DNA from: Octopus bimaculoides
Lineage: Eukaryota
Reading direction: 5' to 3'
Assembly (NCBI RefSeq): GCF_001194135.2
Contig: NC_068990.1
Coordinates: 10,894,383 to 10,958,382 of the forward strand
Length of the DNA stretch: 64,000 bases
This document shows positions 36,800 to 50,205 of this stretch, piece after piece. Each line of letters begins with the position of its first letter. Position 1 is the stretch's first letter. Under the pieces are notes generated by a model, which saw only the letters and a list, made by a program, of their open reading frames with translations, ran no database searches and was not told the DNA's origin. The translations under genes and the position numbers were made by a program.

Positions 36800-37720
36800 G
36801 ATGGAGCTACTAAAAGTACTCCAAGGACAACAAATAGTACAATAAGCTACGTGGCACCTGGGACAGGTGTCAGCCCATGTGATTGGGTAACAAAGTTATT
36901 CCAATAAAGAGACGCCTGCTCCAAAATCTACAAGTCTCTTACCAAAAATGAATGAGACCACATCACCAATTTTCAACCAAAACCCATCAACGTCTATGGC
37001 TTACCAAAAATACGCAATTCAAAAGAAATTTAGCATGCAGTAAAGAAACAATAAGGTGAGAACATAAAATTACTACATCCAAAATACCTAAAACTCAGAT
37101 CCAATTTAGCTAGTCCAGCATGCACTACCCACCGTCGAAGCAATTTTATTGACATCCTTTTGAAACCATTATGTACCCACATGCCTAGCTTCATCCGGTA
37201 TGACATCGACTTCCTATCCCAACTTCCCACAAAAACGAAATCCATTTCAATTTCACAATTCCACATGATTTAGAAATGAAGGCGATGAAATACTGAGAAA
37301 AAAAACATAGAGCTGTGATTCCTAGTAGATTCACCGTGCTATTTATATTAGACACAATCAAACTCATCCTTGAACATAACACATTTCTTTTTTTTCAATA
37401 GAAAGAATTATATCCATTTTAGAGGCAGCGCGATGGAGACGAAATTTTCACCCATTTATGGAACTCTATAATCGGATACTTAGAAAAACAAATCTATAAA
37501 CAAACAGAGGAAAACTACGGCATTGAATTTAGAAAGTATATTGAGGATGCATGGAAGAGATACCTTGACAATTGCTTCATAATCTGGAAAAAATCTCGGT
37601 ATACTCTGGAAGAATTTGATATCCTCTTGAACAATCTGCACCCAACTCTACAATTTACAAAGATGAGTAGTACTAAATTACCATTTCTAGACATAATATA
37701 TACAATAACGCCAACACGCA
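36800..37720 (+). mobile_element. Penelope-like element reverse transcriptase remnant
   Basis: LKLRSNLASPACTTHRRSNFIDILLKPLCTHMPSFIRYDIDFL; ILEHNTF..RGSAMETKFSPIY; WKRYLDNCFIIW (YLDD changed to YLDN); LNNLHPTLQFT..LPFLDI. Frameshifted. Confidence 0.92.
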
Positions 37721-37739
37721 TCAATATATATACATTTAC

Positions 37740-37990
37740 TCTTTTACTCTTTTACACGTTTCAGTCATTTGACTGCAGCCATGCTGGAGCACGGCCTTTA
37801 TTCGAAGAAATGGACCCCAGGACATTTTCTTTGTGAGCTTATTACTTATCCTTTTGTATGTTTTCGTTTGCGGAACTGCTAAGTTTTGGGGATATATACA
37901 CATCAACATCGGTTGTGAAGCGATGGCAGGGGAGGGGACAAACGTAAACACAAGGACATACACACACACACACAAATAAATACACATATA
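37740..37990 (-). mobile_element. 3' portions of a CORE-type SINE and adjacent SINE-like repeat
   Basis: Reverse of the tail gccgtgctccagcatggctgcagtcaaatgactgaaacgtgtaaaagag, homologous to the tail at 57890-57940. Confidence 0.7.
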
Positions 37991-38484
37991 TATATATACA
38001 TATACATATATACATATACAGACATGTCTACATGTACTTAGCTATATATTTATGTATGTATTTACGTACTTTTGTATATCCATATTCTAATGCGTAAATG
38101 TTTGGTTGCGTAAGTGAAACAAAATGAAAAAAAGAATTAAATGAAGGATTTCATGATGTGAGCAAAACTGTGATACCATCATCAGGGTCATCATTAATAT
38201 CATAATCATATATAAAATGAAGAAAAAGAAAAATTGTTTATTATTGTTATTATTATCATTATTATTGTTATTGTTGTTGTTGATGTTGTTATTGCCGTTT
38301 CTTTTTCTTTTTTTTTTTTTGCTGTTCTTGTCGTTATTGTTCGATGAAATTTTATGAAACGATGTCTAAAATCTATGAAAACTGACAAGACAAAGTTTTA
38401 TTTCAAGCAAAACATTGAAATATGATCATAATGTTATTCTGCTGACAAGACAAAACGGTGATTCACTTTTTAATGTAAAAAACT

Positions 38485-38720
<236 letters not shown>

Positions 38721-39900
38721 CACACATACACTCAGATGCATACACTCAAACACAAGGTCAGAGTCAGTAGTTATACACACAAACCCAGAGTCGTAAAATA
38801 TCCAAAATACAAATAAAAAGAACTTTTAAATCCACTTAGAATTCTTTTTGAAATACATTTATTTTCACATACATAGACTCACACTCACACAAACACAGCT
38901 ACATGAATGTATATTCTGACATACATATATATATATAGAGAGAGAGAGAACGTGATGTAATACATATTTAACATATACATATGTACGTATATCCGTAGAA
39001 ATATGTACATACCTTTACAAACTATATAAGTATACAAACTGTTCATCCACTTTTACTAGTTTCATGTATGAGATTGTGCTCTGTCTGGTGCCCTATTTGT
39101 ATAACATTGTCAAATATATGAACTCTAGATCATATTCTATCAACATTTATCCAGTACCTAATATCATTATATTTGTCGCAGCCTTCATCTTGTATTTGAA
39201 GGCGAGTAGGAAAATTTCCATAAACAAGAACTGCACATTTCGAAATCCGTGAACTTGTTTAATTTCATTGGGGGAAATTTTTGCTGACGTCATTACTAGG
39301 TTACCGGTTCTTGTTTTGAAAATTTATTTAAGTAGTAAAAAAATAAAAAATCCGGTTCAAAATGTGCCAGAGAACTTCTATAGATTTTATTGATTTCGGA
39401 ACAAAGATATAACTTCAACTGAACCAAGATTTTTGTTCAAAACGAAAATTCAAATAATCAAACAACAAAATGTATTGTGTTCGATGCAATGCTAACTCTA
39501 CCGCCTGGCGAACTTATAAATGAGAAACGTGGATAATCTGAATATCCTTACAATACAATCTCAAATCGAGAAGTTCAAATAAAGTTCCCTAATATGAGGA
39601 ATATAAAACTTTAAAAGGTACATATTTTCCCGATCCGGCTTATCCTTTATGACACCTGTTTGTTACCTGTAGTATTCCTCATCAGATATATGAGAAACAG
39701 TAAATGTGTCGATGTATATGCTGCCTGTATTACTTATAGTGTTCCCTCTATTAACAACCGTATAGCAACATTTTTCTTAACCAAATTACAACCCTATATT
39801 CTTTGAGGAAGTTGAAACCAGGTCAAGGTTTTTGTTGTCACATGCATACTCGTGGCATTCAGTTTCATGTTTCTATGTATAGATAGACAGATAGATAGAT

Positions 39901-39989
<89 letters not shown>

Positions 39990-40029
39990 TGCATAGAGAT
40001 ACAAATATATATATATATATATATATATA

Positions 40030-41036
40030 CTAGCTGACGTACCCGGTATTTCCCGGAAGAGCGAGGCTTACCACTTCGTTTCGTTCTCATAACTGTTTCG
40101 CTAATCAAATAACAATATAAAGTATGTTGCCCTTAAAACGGTATTTGTGTATTTACAGAGAATACCGGACTGTGTTACATAGGATCTTGTTTTTAGGAAA
40201 TCCCAATAAGTTGTGAACACCCAAATCAAGAGGTCACTTAGTAATAACATGAAATTAGTTACCCGATAGTAAGCCCTGAAAAGGGCTTTAATGCGTTCCC
40301 AGAGTACATAGATGTAAGGAGGAAATACCAATAAGGTATGTATACGAATATCGTGAAGCATGTTACATAAGAACAGGTTAATCAGTTACGAGATAATAAC
40401 AATTCAAAGTAAACACTTCAGAAAAGGACTGTTTACGTTCCCAGAGAATATAACCCTTAGGGAAGCTAGTGTTGAAATAGCTTTACAATGAATGTAGAAA
40501 CCGACTGACATTTAGTTTTACTGTAGACGTACAAATAAATTTGTATATAGATTTAAAATTGAAATAACTGTAGATTATCAGTACATTTACAACACTTACA
40601 AATATTACAGTTAAATAATAAATAGCTGATTATTTGATGAATCTTATTAAATTTGCAGACAGTCTTGATAAACAACATTTTTGGTCTTTCCTTGTGAGGC
40701 ATAAATAAATCCCTGATTAGGATTGGCGACTCTTGAGCATCCCACATAAAATTAGTCATAGAAGAAAACTTGTTCCGCAAGGTTCAGACCTACCATATCG
40801 AATGTTGATGCTCATTGCACAAAGCTCAGTTTCAACGGAAATTGCAGGCGCTTGTACTAGCAAGGCACATCCGAGGGAATAGGTGGAATAGTAGGAAGGA
40901 ATAAAGGCTCACCACTTTCTTTACCAGTCAAAGTTGTTCTCTCCAAGACTTTTAATATCACCTTCTTTTTTATAAGTCGTGTGCTATTGCAAAACTTTGG
41001 TGGGTCGAAGTTTGCGAAGCAGCATAACTGGTGCCT

Positions 41037-41039
<3 letters not shown>
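40030..41039 (-). mobile_element. Helitron 3' remnant: helicase C-terminus, 3' region and terminal hairpin-CTAG
   Basis: FANFDPPKFCNSTRL..TTLTGKESGEPLFLPTIPPIPSD, KRLQFPLKLS, AMSIN, FYVGCSRV. Minus-strand end CCGG-GAAATA-CCGG...CTAG followed by T, inserted in (TA)n. Confidence 0.9.
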
Positions 41040-41090
<51 letters not shown>

Positions 41091-42039
41091 NNNNNNNNNN
41101 NNNNNNNNNNNNNNNNNNNNNNNNNNNNNNNNNNNNNNNNNNNNNNNNNNNNNNNNNNNNNNNNNNNNNNNNNNNNNNNNNNNNNNNNNNNNNNNNNNNN
41201 NNNNNNNNNNNNNNNNNNNNNNNNNNNNNNNNNNNNNNNNNNNNNNNNNNNNNNNNNNNNNNNNNNNNNNNNNNNNNNNNNNNNNNNNNNNNNNNNNNNN
41301 NNNNNNNNNNNNNNNNNNNNNNNNNNNNNNNNNNNNNNNNNNNNNNNNNNNNNNNNNNNNNNNNNNNNNNNNNNNNNNNNNNNNNNNNNNNNNNNNNNNN
41401 NNNNNNNNNNNNNNNNNNNNNNNNNNNNNNNNNNNNNNNNNNNNNNNNNNNNNNNNNNNNNNNNNNNNNNNNNNNNNNNNNNNNNNNNNNNNNNNNNNNN
41501 NNNNNNNNNNNNNNNNNNNNNNNNNNNNNNNNNNNNNNNNNNNNNNNNNNNNNNNNNNNNNNNNNNNNNNNNNNNNNNNNNNNNNNNNNNNNNNNNNNNN
41601 NNNNNNNNNNNNNNNNNNNNNNNNNNNNNNNNNNNNNNNNNNNNNNNNNNNNNNNNNNNNNNNNNNNNNNNNNNNNNNNNNNNNNNNNNNNNNNNNNNNN
41701 NNNNNNNNNNNNNNNNNNNNNNNNNNNNNNNNNNNNNNNNNNNNNNNNNNNNNNNNNNNNNNNNNNNNNNNNNNNNNNNNNNNNNNNNNNNNNNNNNNNN
41801 NNNNNNNNNNNNNNNNNNNNNNNNNNNNNNNNNNNNNNNNNNNNNNNNNNNNNNNNNNNNNNNNNNNNNNNNNNNNNNNNNNNNNNNNNNNNNNNNNNNN
41901 NNNNNNNNNNNNNNNNNNNNNNNNNNNNNNNNNNNNNNNNNNNNNNNNNNNNNNNNNATATATATATATATAACAGAAGGAAAATGCATGTGGTTTATAT
42001 ATTTTTAATATATTTTAAGGAACAGAATATTATGATAGT

Positions 42040-43020
42040 TTACCGGTTTCGAGTTTCTTTAATCATGACACTGAAATTAGTGAAAATACTGCACTTCCGT
42101 ATTCACTTAAAACCACGATTTTATACACGTTGCTTATATGAGATTTTGTTTGTAAATAAACAAGGATGTACAAAAATCTAAGTGGAGGTAATTGGTGATT
42201 ATTATTATTCGAGACAGAGGAGGCAACTGCACTGTTTTTGTTGGGTGTACACTACTTTGTTGTTTAACACTTTTAGGGGAGGTTAAATTTATACTACTTA
42301 TATAACGGAGTTACAAACTCATGAGTTAAAGTAGTTGAATAAACATGTACAAACTTGGTTATATGTTCATTAATTACAATATTTTACAATATTTACAAAC
42401 ACAAAAATTCGTTATGTGTTCATATTTAGGCACTGTTAGTATTTTTCAATAAATATATTTTCTTTATTTAATCATTCTTGTACAGAGATCGTTTCCTTGG
42501 ACTGATAGATGGGGAAAACCCTGAAGTTTAGTTGGAGATTCCCTGCATATTTCACTATGTGTTCGTGACATGGTATCTGTGTATACATTGAGAACAGGAT
42601 CTGTGTTTTATGCAGTGTAGTTCTCCGTCTAAGTGACATCCTTATTTGGCTTTCACAGTTATGTCCAAAATCTGAACAAGTTATCACATAAGTTAAATTT
42701 TGGGGATGGCAAGTGAAACTGGTCTTAATTGTGAAACTTTGTACTTGTTTGAAGTGGATTTCCGAACATTCCAGTAGGTTGGGACGGAGCAAAAGGTAGA
42801 GATAAGGTGAAACTAGGAAATTTATTTCCAATCCCTTTCTGAACAAACATATAAAGCATCTTGGTCTTCTAAGATTGCGAGTCAAATGTAAACACGCAAT
42901 CACGAAATTAATGTTTCTTGAAGTATTAGAGAACAGAATTATTCTGTGTTGAATGATTTAAGTCTGTAATTGCCTTGTAGTACCACCAACAGTTAATCAG
43001 AATCTGTTTGACAAATTCGT
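42040..43020 (-). mobile_element. Penelope-like element GIY-YIG remnant and 3' region
   Basis: ORF 42472-42903 contains FTIKTSFTCHPQNLTYVITCSDFGHNCESQIRMSLRRRTTLHKTQI..HEHI..FRVFPIYQ. A terminal motif GAAACCGGTA lies near 42041-42050. Confidence 0.85.
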
Positions 43021-43209
43021 AGTCAATAGCTCTGTAAGATTTGTTTCTCTCTGTCTCACACATTCTCTATCATACTCTCTCTCCCGTCTATCCCCCTCTC
43101 CCCTCTCCCCCTTTCTATCTCTCCCCTATCTCCCCCTCGCTATATTTCTCTCATTTCTTTCCTATCCATCTTTCTCTACCCGTATCCTCTTCATTCCTTA
43201 TATACGTAT

Positions 43210-43268
<59 letters not shown>

Positions 43269-44040
43269 NNNNNNNNNNNNNNNNNNNNNNNNNNNNNNNN
43301 NNNNNNNNNNNNNNNNNNNNNNNNNNNNNNNNNNNNNNNNNNNNNNNNNNNNNNNNNNNNNNNNNNNNNNNNNNNNNNNNNNNNNNNNNNNNNNNNNNNN
43401 NNNNNNNNNNNNNNNNNNNNNNNNNNNNNNNNNNNNNNNNNNNNNNNNNNNNNNNNNNNNNNNNNNNNNNNNNNNNNNNNNNNNNNNNNNNNNNNNNNNN
43501 NNNNNNNNNNNNNNNNNNNNNNNNNNNNNNNNNNNNNNNNNNNNNNNNNNNNNNNNNNNNNNNNNNNNNNNNNNNNNNNNNNNNNNNNNNNNNNNNNNNN
43601 NNNNNNNNNNNNNNNNNNNNNNNNNNNNNNNNNNNNNNNNNNNNNNNNNNNNNNNNNNNNNNNNNNNNNNNNNNNNNNNNNNNNNNNNNNNNNNNNNNNN
43701 NNNNNNNNNNNNNNNNNNNNNNNNNNNNNNNNNNNNNNNNNNNNNNNNNNNNNNNNNNNNNNNNNNNNNNNNNNNNNNNNNNNNNNNNNNNNNNNNNNNN
43801 NNNNNNNNNNNNNNNNNNNNNNNNNNNNNNNNNNNNNNNNNNNNNNNNNNNNNNNNNNNNNNNNNNNNNNNNNNNNNNNNNNNNNNNNNNNNNNNNNNNN
43901 NNNNNNNNNNNNNNNNNNNNNNNNNNNNNNNNNNNNNNNNNNNNNNNNNNNNNNNNNNNNNNNNNNNNNNNNNNNNNNNNNNNNNNNNNNNNNNNNNNNN
44001 NNNNNNNNNNNNNNNNNNNNNNNNNNNNNNNNNNNNNNNN

Positions 44041-44077
<37 letters not shown>

Positions 44078-44377
44078 GTCACTGACGGCTAGGGACGATT
44101 TCTGAAATTGCTGCTCTATCTAATTATGCCCGGAAAATACTGAACGATGTAAGTAGAGGTGAATGATATTTATCCACTGATGCATGTTAAATGCTTCGAG
44201 GCGTCTCTCATTCCCGATCTGGAGGCAAATAATGTAATCGTGTTAGATAATTTCTGATATAAATAGATTGCGTTCATTTTGTGTAAGTTGGAACCTATTA
44301 ATAGTTCCGCATAATGCACATATAATAATGATGGAAAGAAAGACTGAAAGAAATAAAGATTGATAGATAGATAGATG

Positions 44378-44462
<85 letters not shown>

Positions 44463-45663
44463 ATAGACAGAGATATGTATACATCCATGTATATATGTGT
44501 GTATGTACACAGACACACAAACACGTACACAGGCACACAGACACACACAGGCACGCGGAAAAATAATAGTATAACTAACGAACTTTTCAGAATTATGCGA
44601 GGATTTGTTTAAAGTGTTAAAAATGAAGTTGTAAGAGAGATAACAAGTAAAACATCCTCATATTAGCCGCGGGTCACTCTGTAAAGCCACGCTAATGTTG
44701 AAAATAGCTCTTATACATATCTACTTACAATGTAAATTGAACAGGATTGGCGCAGAGGCTGGTTTAAGTGAGTGATGAAATAAAAAGAAAGAATATAACA
44801 TGTGTGAGGAGTGAAGGTGAAATGATAAACATAAATTAAAGAAGAATATGCGAAAAGAATCCTGTGATATGGGCCAAGATATCAGTGCAAATATTTTATG
44901 TTATTTTCCTGCAATAACCGAGTATTTGATTTTTTTTTGCATGAACTAAAAATGTGTACGAATGCAAAACAAATATGTGAGAAGTAACTTGACATATGAG
45001 TGTCTTCTCGGTTATCTCCTTTAAATCCATAAAGAAAGCGAATGTTGTTGTTTTTTTTTTCCAGGTATATCATGAATATATAATGCGTAACTGATATTTC
45101 GCTTTGCAAAGTAAAGTAATAATTACAATTTTTACGTGTAAAAATATGTACATTGCTTGGGAGAATTGACTGTCATGTTTGAACCATCTGCAATGTGTTC
45201 TACGAATAAAAAGTTTTAGGCAACATTAGGTCTATTCCCCGAATTCTAATTTACATATCATAGAAATAAGTGCGTGTATGTGGGCATATATATATATATA
45301 NNNNNNNNNNNNNNNNNNNNNNNNNNNNNNNNNNNNNNNNNNNNNNNNNNNNNNNNNNNNNNNNNNNNNNNNNNNNNNNNNNNNNNNNNNNNNNNNNNNN
45401 NNNNNNNNNNNNNNNNNNNNNNNNNNNNNNNNNNNNNNNNNNNNNNNNNNNNNNNNNNNNNNNNNNNNNNNNNNNNNNNNNNNNNNNNNNNNNNNNNNNN
45501 NNNNNNNNNNNNNNNNNNNNNNNNNNNNNNNNNNNNNNNNNNNNNNNNNNNNNNNNNNNNNNNNNNNNNNNNNNNNNNNNNNNNNNNNNNNNNNNNNNNN
45601 NNNNNNNNNNNNNNNNNNNNNNNNNNNNNNNNNNNNNNNNNNNNNNNNNNNNNNNNNNNNNNN

Positions 45664-45699
<36 letters not shown>

Positions 45700-46275
45700 G
45701 CCCTTTAAAAGAACTCTGATGCTTGAGCCTTTGACCAGGCCTTTCACAATACCCTTAAAACCAGGAACTGTCCAGCACCATCAAACTCCTTGTCCCCATG
45801 GATATCACTGTCCACTTCAAAACAACAGGTCATTGTATCACTCACTTATCAGTGTGCAGCATTTCTGCTGCACGTCATGGATCCACATTTTCAAGGAAAC
45901 GGATGGAACACGCTTTCATATTTGAACTCGGCACCATTTCATCGACATGTTTCCTTCTACTTTCTACCCCACCCCAGTTAATTCATTAGACCCTTTCCTA
46001 TCATTAAGTTCTTCTCCCACCTTATCTTTAGCCTTCATTTCACATTCTGCTGTTCTTGCATCTCCTCCTACCATAACGTTTTCATTTTTACATTTTTTTC
46101 TGCGGCTCCTATCACTTTCTGTTCACGTATGCAGCTCACGTGTTCCTGTTTTCCTTATCAGATGCACCATTTAAAAAAAAAAACAACTTTGATTATGCAA
46201 AACTCTGTTGTCTCTCTTTAATTTCTCCTCTTTCAAACCTCTCCCTGAAGAAGGACGTGTCCGAAGTGTTGGATT
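45700..46275 (+). mobile_element. Penelope-like element GIY-YIG C-terminus and terminal motif
   Basis: VHFKTTGHCITHLSVCSI..RKRMEHAFIFELGTI (PLE pattern HFxxxGH..RKxxE..IFxLGT), followed by cctgaagaaggacgtgtccgaagtgttgg. Confidence 0.8.
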
Positions 46276-48719
46276 TTCCACAGTTCACGGAATGCATACT
46301 CTACACTTTTTATCGATTTCACTACATAATATAGCAAACGTATTATGTTGATGCAGAACACCACCAGTCTCACTGGAGACAGTTTCATCAATATTATCAT
46401 ATATATATATAAATATATATATGTATATATATACATATATGTATATATATATATATATNNNNNNNNNNAGTGTTGGATTTTCCACAGTTCACGGAATGCA
46501 TACTCTACACTTTTTATCGATTTCACTACATAATATAGCAAACGTATTATGTTGATGCAGAACACCACCAGTCTCACTGGAGACAGTTTCATCAATATTA
46601 TCATATATATATATAAATATATATATGTATATATATATATATACACACACACACATATATATATATACTTATATATATATAAATATATATATATATATAC
46701 ACTTACACATATATATGTTCACATATATGTAAAAGAAAATGCGCACACACGCACACATATATAAACACATAAGAAGATGATAGAAAAATTAAAGAACAAA
46801 GATGGAGATGATGCAAATAGAATTTTCCAATAAGTAAAGCATGTTGGAAAAATGTGTTTGAGAACGCTCTCCCACAATTCCTCGATATTTTGTGTCAAAA
46901 TAAACTAGATTATTAAAACAAAAGATATGAGAAAGAAAGAGAGAAAGAGGGGAAGGAAAGAGGGAAAAGGAAAGAGTGGAATGGAAGGAATGATGTATAA
47001 GTGAAAGTTACTATAAACTTCAAACCGAATAAACAATGTTATATTGATATTTGTCAGAATTCTCTTGGTGTAAATGGAAAGAAAAAAATCGTATTCTAAT
47101 GAGGTATGACCAATTGATAGAAGATAAGTGAAATTCCTCCAAGTGATGTGAGGTAAAGATACTCTTCATATTCTCTGTAGGCCGTTGGCTAACTTCTCGT
47201 TATTCATTTCTAATTTTCTTGTTGACTTTTGTCGTTGTTTTACGTTATCAATAGCACAAAACTATTGAAAACAAAGAACAATTGCGTAGGAAACCCCAAA
47301 CGCACTTTTGCTATTGAATGTATGTCTGCTATGATGAGTATGAAAACTTAGGTTTTATTATCATTCCTTACATTTGCTAAATCAATGGCAAATGAAGAAA
47401 AAAAAACGGTGTAAACTCAGATATTTTGAAGAAGGCCTATACAAATTCACAAGATAATTTCCTGTCTTTTCTCTTATTCTTTTCCATTTTGTTTTCATTT
47501 TCTCGTTTTTTTTATTTATTTATTTATTTATGAATTACATATAAGAACCAATTGAATGAAAGAACAAAACAAAGTGTATCTAAGCTATAACCAGCAGCAA
47601 TATTTTTCACTACTCTCTTCCTCTTCTTTTCATGGTTGTAAACACACTAGAAAAATATCTCTTGGGTATTGAAGCAAACAGATAAATGATCAGACAAATT
47701 TAGGCTAATAAATTAAGTTATTTTCTTTGATTTTCAGAAGTCAATGCGTTAGGGATTCCATAATAAGCATTGATGTTTAGCACTCGTTTATAAGACAGGA
47801 GAAAGTGCTAGGAATTTTCTCAAGATTCGCAAAAGATCAATGAAATTAAGAATCATACAGAAACAAAAGATAAACGTATAGAAACATATAATTGTTGCTA
47901 AAATGTCATATGACTCTGTATTCGTAGGTAAATACCTATAGGCTTATACTTTATTAATGTGGATATATGTGTGTTGTTATATGTATCTTCGTATAGTTGC
48001 TTTTTCATTTTTCCTTCTTTTTATATTGATATGCAGTAACTATGTTTATCGTATTGTTATTATAGCAATCAAGTTTTGAAATCTAGAATGACATGATATT
48101 ATTACATCCTATCCAGAGCACTCCATGCATTTTATTTTTTTAAGCAGTTTTGCACAGTTATTTCATGAAATGGCAAAACTACCTCCTCCGCCATATTGTA
48201 GCGTCGGTCATTGATTATGTCTTGTATATGTTGTGCTAAACGTGTTATAGCAACTATTGTGTTTCGTATGAGTTGTTTGCGTTATAAGGGAAGATATTGA
48301 TTTTGTACGTTTATGTGATATATTCTCTTAGTAGTTGGTAATCCTGTAGACTATGTGTCATGTAAAAATATGTTGCTTTACAGAACAGTTATTCTACAGG
48401 ATATATATATATATATGTGTATGGAAAGCATGTACTTATTTGAGTTGTGTCAATGAACAAAAGGTGCTTTGCGTGGGATATAGCATCTGCTTAGCGGAGC
48501 TAAAATGTGAATTGCTACTAACGTTGAAAATTCTGCTAAAGTTGTATGGTTTGGCTTATATTTTTCCATACCTAGAAATCGCATTGCTACTTATAACGTT
48601 TTCGTTTGAAAGACACACATTACGATTATATTAATTTCATGGTCATCGTATTTTGAACTACTCCTAATATCTTGCAGAGATTATTTTGGTTAAAAGAAAT
48701 AAAACTTTTTTTTTCTCAG

Positions 48720-48814
48720 AGTATGGCGAATACGTGTCAGTCCATCACTATTAATATTTGAATTGTCTCGTCATAGCTGTCGAATAGTTCGTAGATGTCG
48801 CTACACGCGGAGTG
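48720..48814 (+). CDS. Exon candidate VWRIRVSPSLLIFELSRHSCRIVRRCRYTRS (phase 2-1)
   Basis: Acceptor tttttttctcag and donor GTG|GTAAGG with one open frame. The peptide is not recognised. Confidence 0.2.
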
Positions 48815-48924
48815 GTAAGGAGTACCAATGGAACAATATAGTGAGAAACAAACATAGCATTCTTCACGCATCAAAGTCTGCACAAGAAGAATGTTCGCTG
48901 ATGCAGTTGATGTCATCATCATCA

Positions 48925-49013
<89 letters not shown>

Positions 49014-49014
49014 G

Positions 49015-49225
49015 AGCTGTGATCTGGCAGAATCGTTAGCACAATGGGTGAAATGCTTAGCGGCATTTTGTCAATCGTTAAGTTCTGATTTCAAATTCCA
49101 CCGATGTCGACATTGTCTTCTTTTTGGGGTCGATAAAATAAGTACCAGTTGGATACTGGGTTGATACAATCAACTTATCACCCCACAAAAAAAAAATGTT
49201 GCCCCTGTGGTAAAATTCGAAACCA
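49015..49225 (+). mobile_element. tRNA-derived SINE (family A), diverged
   Basis: gagctgtgatctggcagaatcgttagc..ttcaaattcc..ggggtcgataaaataagtaccagttggatactggg. Confidence 0.85.
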
Positions 49226-50157
49226 TTACTTTTTTCTTTTTGTCGTTATTGTTCTTGTTATTATTGCTATCGTCGTCGTCGTCGTCGTCGTCGTCATCCT
49301 CATCATCTTCACCATTGTCATGATCAACATTATTTTTATTATTATTCTGCCAAAATGTTGGGCCTTCTGCCTATTAGTAGAATCATTTATGAGGAGGAGA
49401 ATTTGCAGAAGAGTTCAAGAAACAGCCTTCTGCCGTGGAAAATTTGTTCTAGTTCATCACATTCCGTGATGAGATCCCACCGAATTCGACTTTAGATGGC
49501 ATTCTTCAGAGGTGTTAAAATGAAGTACAGCACAAGCACCGTAGTAGAAAATGTCGAGTGAATTTTCTCTTCAAAACTGCTGGTCTTGTGTCTGAATCAG
49601 AAGCAGTTACTTTTATTTTGTTGGTATTAACAGTAGGGATTTTTTTTCTTGTTGATACCTGTAGTTATATTTTAAGCTAACTAGACTTCCAGTAGGCTAT
49701 TTAGCTGATTCGTCTTTATCTATTTGAGGCAGAACTGGAACAAAATTTTGTAAATATTTGTTTGCAAGAAACATAAATGTGAACAATGGTGGTGCCTTTA
49801 ATATTTCGGAACTCGGAGAGAGAAGTGGAGTAGAATTGCGAATGAGCTGTGGCAACTACGTCTACCTCCAGGTCTAATCTCTTTCGTCAATAAAAGATTT
49901 CTTACATCCCAAAGTACAAAGACTATTATGTTACAATCCCCATACCGTGACGAGCAGCAACAGCAGCAATATTACCAGTAAAAGCTACATACGTACAACG
50001 AGCAAAAGATAAAAGAAGAAAAATTAGCTGCCGCAGCGGTAGCTGCTTTAACAACTAAAGCAGCGTTCCGTTATGAGAAATTTTCCATGACAAAAATAAC
50101 AAAGACTGCGAAAATGAGCAAGCGTCCCAAACCACAATACACACGCACAGACAGACA

Positions 50158-50205
<48 letters not shown>

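Noticed and set aside
38140-38182. Minus-strand CUGAUGA...GAAA
   Set aside because: Stem II does not close correctly and stem I does not pair.
46265-46650. Exact duplication of about 190 bp (offset 204) producing duplicated ORFs
   Set aside because: The copies are identical and separated by a 10-N gap, the signature of unmerged overlapping contig ends.
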